Of a stretch of DNA of 64,000 nt, positions 1 to 13,022 are shown piece by piece (position 1 is the first letter of the stretch; the number at the start of each line of letters is the position of its first letter). Both the position numbers and the translations under genes were made by a program. The notes under the pieces are model-generated. The model had not been told where the DNA came from, ran no database searches, and saw only the letters and a list, made by a program, of their open reading frames with translations. Source of the stretch: Ramazzottius varieornatus (lineage: Eukaryota > Animalia > Tardigrada). The stretch lies in assembly GCA_001949185.1 (NCBI GenBank), contig BDGG01000001.1:5800103-5864102 (forward strand), written 5' to 3'.

Positions 1-3000
1 AAAAGCTCGTGTAGTGTCACAATGTACCGCGGGATCTGGTTCATGGGGTACGTCAGGAACTGCTCGAGGGACCTTCCTTGCACAATCAGCTTGTCTTCCA
101 GCTTCCTCAGCAGGCTGGCGAACTCCGCATTCTGCTTGCACTCCGCTAGAACTTGTAGACTGTAGTGATGGTTGCGGACGTACTCTTGGTAGATGGACAG
201 CATGGGCAGTAGCATGTCGAAAAGATCCCCGAGCACTAATGTTGGCCAGTTGTCCATTCGTGCTATCAAGCCTTTCACGAAAATTTGGTGCAGAAAGAGA
301 ATCGTCTCACTAGAGAAGCGTGGATATCACATTAAATTTTTTCAGCATATATCGACAGAAAAGTTCGGTAGATTTACCTGTTGAGGAAAATCGAGTTGAC
401 GTCTTCATGCGTGATAGGTGGCGTCTTGCTACTAGCAGCCATTTTCAATGGGCGGAAGAAGCACGTCACCAACATCTGGATTTGCTGAACATATTCCTGT
501 GGAAAAAGAGTACAAATGAAGTGCTATCGTATTACGCCAAATTAATCAACGATGACATTGCAAATCTATAACGGTGGAGTCTACCAGCACTGATATGAAA
601 CTTAAGAAGAGCAGAATCCATTTGACACGTCATTACCTGTTCGCATTCGACCATTGCAAAGACCAGGCTGTTTCGTTTCCGCATGTTCTCAGCATGCGGT
701 GAACGAATGTACTCCTCGACAATTTGTTTCCACCTTCTTCGACATAGCCAACCACGAAAGAAACTTTGAACTTTCTGGATCTTCTTGATATCGATGGTCT
801 CTGAGTTCAGAGCAGCATGCGGACCATTCTGCGAGTCGTTCTGATCCGCCACGAAGCGTGGATGGAACTCATTGGCCATACTACCCGGTGTCTGCCCGCC
901 AGCAGCGGTAGCGTTGTTGATCAACCCGGAAGAGGACATCGTATTCATGTGACGCTTGTAGGTCCGCAGCTAAAAAACCAGTAAGCTGAGAGCTGCGCAA
1001 ATGAACAGAATCAGATCGTCGTATCAAGTCGCGCACGTTTTCAACCAAGAACAATCACGGCGTGCGCTACTTGGAGAGAGGATCTTGTCGAGTATATTTT
1101 TCTCTCAAGTGGCGCACGCCATCGGTGTTACTGGCTGACAGAGCGCGCTACGTCGGACAACGATTTGTTTCGATTCATTTGCCCATGTCCAGTTTCTCAC
1201 CAACCGTAAAAAGGGGTCTTGCAGCTAAGGGCTATGAATATGTGGAAGATCGTACCTCAGTTCGGAGTTTGCTGATTTCGGTTGTCAGTTCGTCGCATTG
1301 TTGGCGCAGCTGCCACTTTGACGTCTTCTCACTTTCCACAATGTGCAACAAGTGCAAGTGCTTCTGCTCCAGTTCTTCCTTCTGCTGTAAAATCTTGTTG
1401 AAACTGTAAGGCAAAACCCACGAGTATTTCGACGTGATACAAAAGTGTAATCTGGTGATTCATGGGATTTGCAGAGAAGATAACTATCGTCTTCACCTGG
1501 CCTGGGTGATAGCGTCCACCCATGCTGAGCAGATTGCATCGTTCTCCGTACAGAACTCATACTGCTTCAGGTTTTCCTTCCGATATGACACCACAAAGCA
1601 GTGCTACAAAAAAATATTGCGGAGTTAACTTTAATAGTTGAAGCAGTGATATGAGATGGATAAAGTCGATCGACACAATTATGGGCTTAAGCCTCTGCCA
1701 GCAGGATCTTGCCAATTTCCTACGACCGGATGCACTGTTCGCCGCATCTCATCACATAACGCGAATTCGTAAATGCCTGACGCCGCTGGAACCCATGAGG
1801 GGGACCTGCTTGATAGCACAAACAGAAGGTAGAATATCTTCGACTCGGGATGAGCTTTCAAAGAACAATTCATCAACCGGCGTTCCTGCTAGTCAAGTCC
1901 GTAAAATGCCACCCTAATGACCGCCCTCTCAATGTGGCGGGGTCAGTTTTCACGATCTCAACCAGCGGCAGCATTCTGTCAACAGGCGACTGCCAACCTT
2001 GCAAAGACCCCTACAGCTCGCAAAAGGTTATTCATGCAGAGCGCGAGGAAGCCATACGTCAACTGAAATAAGATTGATATGGTCTCGTTGCAAATGGAAA
2101 GACGGAGTTAGTTGGGCATGGCAAGCAAGGAAACCTGTGCCAGACTTCAAGACTGTTGAAACCTTTCCACCTAATGACGACAGCGGCTCTTTCCAAAGGC
2201 AGGAAGTCGCGCCGCTACTGGCTTGTACAGCACGCGCAAATCTTCTACCTGGAAAACCTGAAAATAGGCTAGGTGGAGTACAATGCGATGCCGTTAGGCG
2301 TGTTTGACGCTCAAGAAAATCTTTCCGCGAATACAAGCAAAATCCTCCGTCTGCAGACACACTAGGGTGAAGGTCCAATCAAGCTCAAAGTAAACTCTGA
2401 TGTGCTTTCTGATTTCCCACGATTTCCGGGCAATCCTTGCGGCCTTGATTGCAGCCTTGAACACGTCACAACTAATAGCACCTCACTCAGTCCACTGAGT
2501 CGGTTTTTGCAACTGGGGTTGTTTCGTTGCGCGCAAAGTATACACGGTTGTGAAAAGATGCGACGTACTGCGACCCTCGAAAAGCAATTCAATTTTGCCG
2601 AAGTTGCTCCTCGTTTATCATCGTTGGCAGCTGCCATCACATTCCTTCCTTCTAATTGCCGCATTGTGCTACCGAATTACCTGGTATTAGCCTTCGCCCC
2701 ATGGCTTCTTCCACTATTTCGCTACCACAAAAACCGCAGCACCAATAATAACGCTAAGCTTTGGAACAAAGACTCAGCTTGCTTGACACCCTCAAAATTT
2801 ATTACATAAAAGGTCACAGTCATGCAGTTTTTCCATCCTACGCACTTCACGCGTTCAGTATGCAATCTCGCCTTGGAAAAACGATTAAGTTATTACTTGT
2901 GACAAAGTAGCTTTTGTGGACGTCAGAGAAGCGCTTGCTTATTGGATCGTGTGATGGGATATTGATGGTAAGGGGAAGCGAGCGTTAATCCATGAAAGTA

Positions 3001-4603
3001 CCTCGGTGGCGCACCACCTTCGTGAATTACTAATCAGGCCGTGCGGAAGCGAGTTCCTGATGACAAGGCTTTAGCTCCGAGTTATGTGCAACGCTAGCTA
3101 TGCCAGAACAACGAACGCATGGGGCTGCATCCGGCCAGACTATGCGGTACAGAGGAAGAAAGGATGTCAAAATGAAAGCTCCACGAACAAGAGGATTATT
3201 GTTTGTGCTGGTGTAAAGTACCCACCCTCGAACGCATACTGCCATGTCTCCCTCACAGGAAACGTGGGAGAAAACCTGGCCGTACGTCTTTTACGGAGGC
3301 TCTGAATTTCAGTGAAAAGAGATTTATGTACAGTGGGAGAACCCTAGACCGTAATCGGGCCTTGAGGGGCCGCACCACGCCAGGAATTAGCTATTTGTCG
3401 TATCAGGTTCAACCGGCAATCTGAGCTGGCCTTCCCGAAAGAAGAAGCGTTTAGTGATAAGCTTATAATTACACACACACACACACAAAAACTCTCGCCC
3501 ATCCAGTCGACATTAAAATCTCCACGTCTGCAAAAGATATGAGCTATGCGGGTTTTTGAATTTGTTTCGAAAGCTGTTAAGTCATTCCTTCAACGATTGC
3601 AAGAAAGCAGGTGTCAACCGATGGGAAAATGAAAATTGAAAAGTACTTTGATCAGCAAACAACTGGCTAGAAGCGGAAATCGCCACTTTGCTGTTCGTTC
3701 CTTTGATAAGGAACACGATCAAGTCACGACTTGCTTATTTCAATATAATGTGGAGTATCTCAACAGAGGACACCCGCTCGTCTAAATTTAGCTTGAGAAG
3801 AGATCAAGAGTGGATTCAACAAACACAGGCCTGGCGATCGGGATGCAAAGTAATGAAAGCGATCAACAGGCAGAAAACCATCCCCCTTTCGTTCACAAAA
3901 CGCATACGCGCACACGTCGGTATGCTCCACTTTCCCCGTCAGTCAGCGCGAAACAGCCCCATCACCGTCAAAAGTCACTGTATCTCAAGCAACGCAACCA
4001 CGGTGCAAATAAAAAATGTTCATTTGGGGTAATTTACGGGCTGATTTACGAGCGAACCTTTCCCCCTTTCATAGAACAGCCCCGACCAACAGCAGAGTTG
4101 AACGCGTCGTACTGGCACGGCCATATGTGGAAAAGCCACCACGTCTCCACAGGGAGTATTTCAATAGGGAAAGAAACTACCGTCAGCGAATAACGAAACC
4201 TCACTTTACTGTTTCCGGCATGACGTTGCAAAACCGAGCCTATTTCTCGAACAGTACGTTGTGGGGAATTTGAGGGTTACTGTACCTGGTTGTCCGGAAC
4301 GACGTCCTTATCTTTGGTACTGTGGCGCGGACTGGACAGGATCACGCGTTCACAGTAGGATCCTTCCAGGAAAAGCACACCTAGTGGTCGACTGGCTGTG
4401 ACGTTCTCGAAGTAGAAGAGGAGGTTTTGGTGAAGCAGAAACCAGCGCTGCGTCCAGTTCTTCTCGCCGAGACTGCGCTTGCTCATGTTGCCGGCATAGC
4501 ACTGGCCGTTCGACTTGGACTTGGCCACTTCTTGGCGAGCACGTTCGGCCAGGAAGAGCAGCTGTTGATCGTGGATACGGATGGAACGCTGCATAGCGTG
4601 CAT
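1..4603 (-). CDS. RasGRF: Ras-specific guanine nucleotide-releasing factor (RasGRF1/2 homolog), 5' part: PH, coiled coil, IQ and start of DH domain; runs off the left edge
   Basis: Phase-compatible GT-AG exons 4603-4286, 1603-1497, 1403-1256, 969-637, 496-378 and 309-<1. They give [34 protein letters not shown] (PH), [24 protein letters not shown] (IQ) and [52 protein letters not shown] (DH), very close to vertebrate RasGRF1. Confidence 0.97.
3471..3486. repeat. (AC)8 microsatellite in RasGRF intron 1
   Basis: acacacacacacacac read directly. Confidence 0.9.
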
Positions 4604-7026
4604 CCTCGATCACTTCCTTGTTCCGCAAAACGGTCAGGCAATAAGAATACTACGAAAACCCATTGTATGGAAATTTGGAAAATCTGAGAGAAATCAATGT
4701 CTAGAATGGATATCTGGCGGTTGCGTCAGTAAAAGAAGGTGGATAGATAATAAGGGCTAATATCCGAGGGTACTTTTCGAATAGTAAGGTGCTACGTAAA
4801 AGGTTAGCAGGAGTTCCAGACGTATGCGCGAAGCAACAGCTAGTCCTCCCGACGCGGGTAACAGGTTGAAACGATAGCGAGGGAAAAGGCAAGCCGATTG
4901 AATAATCAGCTCCGGATCCTCGGGTGTTTGGCACTATAGGCCCAAGCTATCCCGGCCAAGATTATTATAAGGAAAATGAGAAACGGAAGAGCGAGCAGGG
5001 ATCACGCGAGAAGCTAGCAACCTGGCTTACGGCCTAGCTAAGCCTCCATGCTATTACAGCTCGCACTCCGGCTGTAGTTGTGGCTCAGAAGGCAGGGCGA
5101 AGGTAACCTCATCAAGCCTTATAGTCTCTGGACAGAGCGCCAGGGATAAACCACGAATAAGGAAACGGGAGAAGGGAAAGTGCGATCGACGCGTATACTG
5201 TAATTTTCTGGATGGAGTAATGATCATATGAGCGGTTGGTCCTGTATGTACGTACAGTCAGACGGGAACCCTAACAGGGTTCGCCGTTCCGCCTTGACTT
5301 ATTCCTTCAGGGAAATCGCTTGTCCACTTGACTTGATAGGACGTCACTCTGGCAGCTGCCACCAACGCCAATTGTGCTCAGTCAGGCACACGGAAAAAGA
5401 GGAAGAAATTTACCTTTCGCGGTACGCAAGCGTAGACTTCGAAGGAAGAAACAGGTTCCAACCCACACATCAATCCCACATTAAACAGACTTTTCTGCAA
5501 GCTTGTTTTTGCTTTCCTACGCCTGTCTGATTTTCCACACGCGCCATTTTCCGCATCACTGCACCACAAGTGCAGTTCCAGCTCGATCTCGTGTGTCAGC
5601 ACGATCCCGAAGAAGTCATGCGCGAATCGATTACCACGTGGATTCCATAAAACAATCAACATTCAACACATTCGCGTAAGCCAAAAAAGATGGAACACAC
5701 CCAACCTGTCGCAAACCCCACTTACATCTCTGGTCGTACGAGAAAAAGAAATTTCGTTTGTGATGGATTGGGGTGTGACAGAATAGTGTACAACCCACAC
5801 CGTTCGTTCATACATCATGCTGTAATGGCCGGGAAGGAGGTCAAGTAATGAAAAAAGTTTTTCGATCTGAAATTCGAACACGTTTCTCCATTTTTCCATT
5901 CATAAAAAGTTAGAATCGACATAATGGACCGAGAGCAGAAGCAAAACCTCTAGCATTTGTTCTGAAAGCTGCGGCGAACTGCAAGAAGAACACAAAAGCC
6001 GATGTTGAAAGCTCGAAAGGTCCCCAAAGAGTGGAGTGCTGAGGTGGGCTGGATGTTGGAGGCCAATTTTTATACGAACGTTTTTGACTTCAAATCAACT
6101 TCTTCAAAATTGAGTTACGGAGAATAATGAAGGGGGATGGTGTGGTAACTTTACCGTCCCTGGCCGTGGCTCAGAGTTCCGAAAAACTGTTCGCCCTTCT
6201 AAGATGATATTCTGGAAAATTTCAGGCGACCAGCAACCAATACGTCCTCATATGGAGGATTTGATGTAAAACGGACAGACGTGCGGAGTAATGCTGTTTC
6301 ACGTCATTCTGACGTCAAAACATGTTCAATCTGTAATCCAGACCCCTCGAGATTTCTTCCTGTCGCAGGCATCTGATCACTGGTCAGCCGTCTAAATACT
6401 GTAGACCTCGGTTTCGTGTCTTCTAATGTTTTGTACATCAGACTGCGTTGTCAGTTTGGCTTTGCCCACAGGGTGCCAAAACTTTAGAGCAGACTCATGG
6501 GTCGTGAGCAATTCGGGGAGCGATATTCTTATGAAAATTAAGCCGTCCATACCCATATACAGTCCGTTCAGGCCACATCGCTACCGTTTCTGAAAATCAG
6601 AGCCCTCTCCATCACAACGTTTCACGTCGAAACTAGCATGCGTAGATAGCAAAAACAATGGCCTATCATAATCAAGAAAAAATTTGACAATTTCGACGTG
6701 GAAGGAGGTTTTCGGGCAAAACGGAAAATTCCAAGTTCCAAATTCATTTTATAAATCAGCTTGACTTTCATGTCGTTGTTTTCAGTCTTATATGATGAAC
6801 TGAATAGTTTTACGTCTTTCAAACTCAAGTCGGAGGTTGCTACTTAGAAATGCGGTCTACGAGATTAATTGTTTCCCCTTGGCACGACGTCTTTCCTACC
6901 GGACGTCAAACTTCCAGTTTTTCCCGGGTTGCCTCTCACTGAACCGGAACGCGCTATGGTTTCATGGAATCAGCTTAAGAAGTTTTACGAAACACCGTGA
7001 GAAACAAGGAGAAACTATCTTTGTAG

Positions 7027-7636
7027 ATTTTCTGAAGCGCTATTTTTCAAGTGGTAGCGATGTGGTCCGAACGGGCTGTAATACATATGTATATCTCAAT
7101 CAAATAAAGAGCTTCACGGACTGGAATCTTTAGACCAGTTTTGGTTATGGTACAATGATGCTCTAATGACTACAAAGAAACTTCGAATTCGAAGGGAGAT
7201 TACTCAACCTATGCACTGTAAAAGCCGCTCCTTCAGCCGAAAGGTTTCTACACCTCTTGTCTTGCTCCGTGAATATTTTGAGATTTTCTGAAAAAGGCCG
7301 GTAGTTAAGGACGTCGACCAGTGAACAGTAAAAAGAGACAAGGCATAGGCAGGGCTCTTCTCACTGCTCGACCGGTCAATCGAAAGTTCAAGTAACTTCC
7401 TCGTTCGAAGAAATTTCGTTTGATTTCGCCTATGGAACTTTCAGATGCATAACAAACTTCTGTGGTGGGCGAAGGTTTCCCCTTCACGGCAAGATACTTT
7501 GCGAAATCGTGCTCAAGAACCCCGCTTGCGGGTTAGTCTTCCCCTAATGACGACAGCCAGGACCAAACTTTTGTTATCGGCAATCATCAGGATGGAGCTC
7601 AAGAGAGGCGAGTGGTGTACTCGAGGATGGCGATAG
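7027..7636 (+). CDS. Possible 3' part of a small multi-exon orphan gene (Cys/Arg-rich C-terminus)
   Basis: Candidate exons 7027-7077, 7134-7217, 7349-7391, 7445-7531 and 7591-7636 join in frame across GT-AG introns of 56, 131, 53 and 59 nt. They give ..FLKRYFSSGSDVVRTGYQFWLWYNDALM..KCITNFCGGRRFPLHGKILCEIVLKNPACGMELKRGEWCTRGWR*. No homology recognised, one acceptor is weak and no start was found. Confidence 0.3.
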
Positions 7637-8073
7637 CAGGCGATCACAACCCCGCTAGGCAAATACGTTGTTGCCGACCGGAAATTATAGGCAGCAAGGC
7701 CAGAACCCAACAGATGTTACTCATTTCCATGAACCCACTCCCTTTCGTCAACACTACACTTGGTCAAGTTGGCTCCTCCACCTCAAGAAGGTCGAACCCT
7801 TCCGGAATAATCCCATACCTTACTCTGGTTTTGGTTGGGTTTTGAAGTATTGTATCTCATCGGAACTCACAGTTTTCACTATTGCACCTCGCAATATACT
7901 AAATAATCTAGCCTGCACCGGAATAATGAACCATGCTAGAATGCAAGGTTGCGAGATGTTTTTCTGAACGACAAACACTGCCTCACGAAGTATTTATAGT
8001 GTGTTACGTGAACTTCTCGACGACGGATCATCTCTTCTGACGTTTTTCCAAGCTAGCCAGCCAAATTAATTTA

Positions 8074-8195
8074 CCGTAATGCTTCATGAACTTCGCGAAG
8101 TGACGTCACAGGTACGCGTAGGGTTAACGGGTATGATGACGCTTGCAGCACGCGCTCACTATGATGTAATTCGCGAAGTTCATGAAGCATTACAG
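8074..8195. mobile_element. 122-bp MITE with TA TSD (Tc1/mariner-pogo superfamily type)
   Basis: TA|ccgtaatgcttcatgaacttcgcgaa ... ttcgcgaagttcatgaagcattacag|TA: 26-bp terminal inverted repeat (TIR), nearly perfect. Confidence 0.85.
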
Positions 8196-8781
8196 TAAGC
8201 CTCGACAGCTGCGCCGATTTTAGATCTCACCAAACTCATTCAAGACGACGGTTTTTCCACGTTTCCATCAATAGGGATAAGGAACCATACAGTCAAGCTC
8301 TGTTCTCAGTTTATGGAACTTGTTGGTGAACGGCTCTACGATACGACTTGTAACGTACAGTAGTACTACAAATAGTTTGTTTTCTTCACAGCCATCATTC
8401 ATGAAACGTCTTTAGCCTGTCGTGCCAGACAGCTATTTTTAATTATTTTTGACGCCATTCTAATTATTTCGCATTATTTTTGACGCCATTCGTCACATTT
8501 TTTGACGTCCTTGCTTTGTTCATTATGGCCTAGTAATATGAGCCACGAAAAATTCCTTCCGGTGGAAAATATCTCAGCATAATACTTGGAGAGCTAAAGC
8601 TCAAAGACTTCCAGGAATAAGGATCACGATTACTCACCGGTGTGGTGCTGCCGTCTTGTGGCATCTTCTCGGGGAAGAAGCGGCTAACTTGACTCCGCCT
8701 TCTCAACTTGTCCTGTTGGTTGAAAAACACGTCAAGGCACGGACCTAAGTCACGGCACGAACCTGTCAACAGGCAATGGTC

Positions 8782-8793
8782 TGACGTCATTGG
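8782..8793 (+). promoter_or_regulatory. CRE/ATF palindrome (TGACGTCA) overlapping a reverse CCAAT box, about 150 bp upstream of the arginase-like ATG
   Basis: tgacgtcattgg read directly; function is inferred from position only. Confidence 0.35.
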
Positions 8794-8937
8794 TTGCCTT
8801 TGTATGATCTGATCCAGCGGCGCATCTGCCGGATGTCGGTCTCTTCATCTTCATTCCTCCTTCCCACCTGCCGTTCCCTTGGCTTCTCTCGATCAATAAA
8901 TTAGTCTGCCACTAGAAATCTTGTTTCCTATAAGGAG

Positions 8938-11158
8938 ATGGATGCAGATAGTCTGAAGGAAGAAGGCATCAGCTTGCATCTGGAACGGAAAGGCATCGGT
9001 TTCATCCACGCGCCTCGCGTCCATCCCGAATCTACCGTACGCTCATTCTTCTTCTTACTAAAATCCTGGAATATGACCGAATGATCAGCGAGTATTTTAC
9101 AGGAAGTGGCTCGCTTACCTGCATGGATTCGTAAAGTAATCGATGCTTGGCAGCCGATTTCGCGAATATCCGAAGACACAGTCAGCCTCAAATCCACCAA
9201 AAGCCATCCTTCGGCTGGCACGGCTGCAGAGGTGGAACAGCGTAAATTTTGCCTGGATTACGGAAGCGCTACCTCTGATTTGACTGGTAACGACGCGGAC
9301 AAAGATCTCGACGAAGCGACCAAATTTGCATTGCTGGACGGAGCTGTTTGCAAACAGGTAAAAGCTGGTGAAGAATTCCAGCCGGAATTGGAAATATGCA
9401 CTTCGCTAATCAACAATCAATTGAAGTGCAATGAAAATATGAAATTCACTAATTCAGAGTTGTCAGCCTGTGTTAAGTCAAACGTTTGTCCGTGTAAGGT
9501 GATACTGTAAGGTGATGCAATGTATTACGTACTTCCGCCTTGTGGAATGCGCCGGAAACCGTTGTGTTTTGCAGACCCGGAGTCTGATACGAATCGTTCT
9601 CAAGGATGACCGGTTGCCCATAACTTTCGTGACGGGACGGATACCTTCGCTGGGCAGTCTTTCAGGGCATGGAATGGCTCGAGCAGAGAGTAAAATCATG
9701 ACGGTGGACGACGCTTCTTCCGTGTGTCTTCTTTGGGTCGATCTCTTTGCCAATATGAACCCTGCCATGTCTTCCTTCGCGGACTATCTTACTCGCTGTC
9801 CAGCCGCCTTCCTTCTTCACGAAACCTTTGCTTTTGTTCCGCGACACTTTCCTGGCTTCGAATGGATCCGACCATGGTACCCAAATTGCTCCATGTTTTA
9901 ACTAACACCCCGTTTTCTATTTGGACGATGCTATACTGAGTGTACTCCGACGGGGTGTACAGGTGACGTACGGTACGAGCCAAGTAGCATTCAGGGTACA
10001 TTCCGAAGTATGTCCAGACCGAAAGTTAGGGCGTTTCGACAAAACGTCTGACAAATGGAAGATGCACTGCCGTTAGCGAACAACATGAACGATGAGTTGT
10101 TAATGGTGTGTTTGCAGGATGAGTGCGAAGCGAGCGGCATTCATTGGACTACAACATCCGTCGGATAATGAGATGTAATGAGCTAATTTTTATGGGTATT
10201 AGTCTAATGGCATGCCAGTGGTTCGTACAGCTGTTATAACTTGCTCGGAATATAACTGACGAGCGGGTCATCGTCTCCAGACGGTTCCTGGAGGACAACC
10301 ACATTTACTATCAGACGGCGGACGAGCTAGCCAGCCGTGGAGCGGAAGATAGTATCGGACGTGCCTTGGCCGTCATCAATCCACGGTACGAGTTCGCAAG
10401 GGTTCTTTTAATTGTTTCCGTGTGTCTGACGGGGGCGTGTTATGCCTTGTGTAACGTCTATATGCTGTAGAATCGACCTGCCAATTCATCTAGTCATCAA
10501 TTTCTTTGCACTGGACTGGAAACTAGCCACAATCAACGACTCGGCGGTAGAGCAGATAGACGAAACAGTTTTGGGGGGCGGCGCCATTCTCATACAGGAT
10601 GCCTTAACGACCCTGGATGTTGTCCTCAAGACTGGTCAGTACGTGTCCAATATATCAATGCGACATTTATACCGTCTGTGGATCTTAGAAGGAATATTTA
10701 GCTTAATACTATGAACGCCGAGACTAATAAGGCTGAGGGCCGACAATCCTCGAACGGTTCCGTTGTTTTTGTTTTCCTAAGAAACCTCGATTCTAACGTT
10801 GTGAAGTCAGAACTCAAAAAGCGGTATGGTGTTTTTGGTTTTGTTGCCGAGTTCTGGCCAAGCTTGTCTTGTCCGCCTCTTCAGTCATGCTCTTTTCCTA
10901 CGATTGTTTCAGTTTCTGAAAAGTTTAATGTTGTCGGACTGATTACCATTGGTTTCGCCTAGCACAGACTTTCTTCTGCAGAAATATCGACGGAATGTTT
11001 TGATATGCGTAGGTCGGTTGGGTGCTGTTGACATAGTGGAAGTGGAGCAGATTGCGCCACAAGACGTGAATAAGGCAACGGAAATTTTGACAGAAATGCT
11101 GCGGAATATCTCTGCGCATATCCAAAGCGAAGGCCATCACACGTCTTCCAGCCTTTGA
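8938..11158 (+). CDS. Arginase-fold (ureohydrolase family) protein, about 375 aa, predicted catalytically inactive
   Basis: Seven phase-compatible exons: 8938-9036, 9103-9357, 9575-9876, 10118-10174, 10281-10385, 10471-10634, 11013-11158; no internal stops. Colinear arginase landmarks: KGIGFIHAP, LGSLSGH, LLWVD, PAAFLL..PGFEWIRPW-MSAKRAAFIGL, LPIHL, KTGRLGAVDIVEV. Confidence 0.88.
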
Positions 11159-12291
11159 GTGACAGATACACGTCAAGCTTCCCTTCACCGATCGTTGGCC
11201 TGATCGGACAAGAATGTTCCTTCATCCTTGTCCACACCACGGACAACGCTACAACGATGACTCGTAAGGCTAGTCCAAGCAATCAACAGGAATAACTTTT
11301 CACACAGCGGATTACAGTTCAACTGTCACTTTTCATCAGACGGTAGCTGACATCTATTTTTAGGACAACCATCTTTCGGTTGGAGCTTCTAGGCCATCAG
11401 AATCTCTCACCGTATTTCTAATCAACGGTTGTCAAAACCAGTTCCCATAATGTTCTTTTAGATGATTGTTATTGCTGTCTTAACAGTTTGAAATAAACTC
11501 AGTGTTGGACTGTCGATTACGGAATATTCCGAAGTAGTGATAGACGAAAGTTATTTTTGAGTCTCATCACAGTCTCATCAGAATGCGAAGTGTCAAGTTT
11601 CAACACCTTGAGCACCGGGTGGGAAACTCACTTTCCCGGCGCACACTAATATGAACGTGGTGAGATCGCAGTTTAACTTATGCTCCTACAACTAGCAGTC
11701 ACTCGACAGCGTGTCTGCAAAACTGTCTTTTTTCCGTTTCGATGGAGATTTCGTCTTACCTGGCAAATTATTTTCCAGAGTCTCCAAAAAATTCTAGCTC
11801 TAGTTCAAAAATCTCGGTATCTAGCGAATGGTTTGTCCGGTGATCAAGAAAAAAACACATGAAGGTTGGCCGTTTCAAGTTGATAGGTGCCGCACTTTAC
11901 ATCATATTTCCAAATTTTAGCCAACCGAGAACGTGGTGATTGGGCCTATTTGGCGATGTCCCTCTCTCCAATTTTGACCAGTTAAAAAGAAGCCAAAGTG
12001 AGTTTCTCACCACGTATTCTGAAAGCCCGAAATCGCGTGGTGCTCAGTGTGTTAAGTTGAAGACTGGTGATATGGGAGATGGGGAAATGAACCGAACCGC
12101 AAGTGGCGCACGCTTCGACCAATGACAGCGGAAAAGTGCGCCACTTGACTCCACAATCTGGTCAAGTTCAGCTACCACCTCCCATAATGATTGTGTTATG
12201 CATCAATTAAACCCAGCAAAGATGTTCAGAAAAATCGATGTCAGCAACTGATGTTAAACGGGTTCTTCTTCTGAATGTAATTCCACGTTGG

Positions 12292-13022
12292 CTACGCCTC
12301 TTCCTCTTCAAGTTTTTGTATAGCGTGCAGCTCGGCATCATGGACGATATCTGCGCCTTCAGCACGAGTGTCACGGAAGGTCATGGATGTTGTTCCTTGG
12401 GGTACAGTCGGTATTTCATCATTGAGCAGAGGAACAACTTCTCCTTCGACGATCACCGCCATTTCTGAATAAACTTAGCTCTTTCCATACTTAGCTCACT
12501 TAGGACGTGTCGAAAAACATCGTCCACGTTACCTTCTGCCAACTTTGTCGAATCCGCAGTGCTCAAGCCACTTGCTGGTTGACCACTTGCGGTTGCCGGG
12601 TTCGGTGCTGCGCCATCTGCCGAACGCGCATCTTTCCCTTCTCTTCTCAGCAACATATCAGCAGCTTTCTCTTCCTGGGAAATTGACACAAGTCCCTCTT
12701 AAAATTCCCTGATTTGACACGCATGTGTGTTGAATGTAGTACAAAATACCTTGATGTACCTGCAATCAGGAATGGTTCGAGGTGGCACATCTTTCTCTTC
12801 GGCCATTTTCTTCTGGAAGAACTGGACGCAGAACTGTAGGAGTTCTTGGTCAGGTGGCTGACGGACGATGACTGCAACAAGCAGATCTTGCAGGTATTCG
12901 CCCAGTCGGGGTGGTACAAAAAAGGCATCTTCGGGAATGGTAACTGGGCGTCGGCCTGTGAATGGACCGATTGGTCTACCATGACTTGTGATTAGATTTT
13001 CGGGTGCGCCACTGCGAGACAT
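12292..13022 (-). CDS. RIIa dimerization/docking-domain protein (R2D2-like), 195 aa, no cyclic-nucleotide-binding domains
   Basis: Exons 13022-12750, 12674-12533 and 12464-12292 join in frame. VPPRLGEYLQDLLVAVIVRQPPDQELLQFCVQFFQK resembles the PKA RII D/D motif ([32 protein letters not shown]). The rest is low-complexity and acidic. Confidence 0.8.

Noticed and set aside
12100-12147. 12-bp-stem hairpin caagtggcgcac..gtgcgccacttg
   Set aside because: Too short to assign; likely a repeat fragment and not a tRNA or miRNA-like fold.
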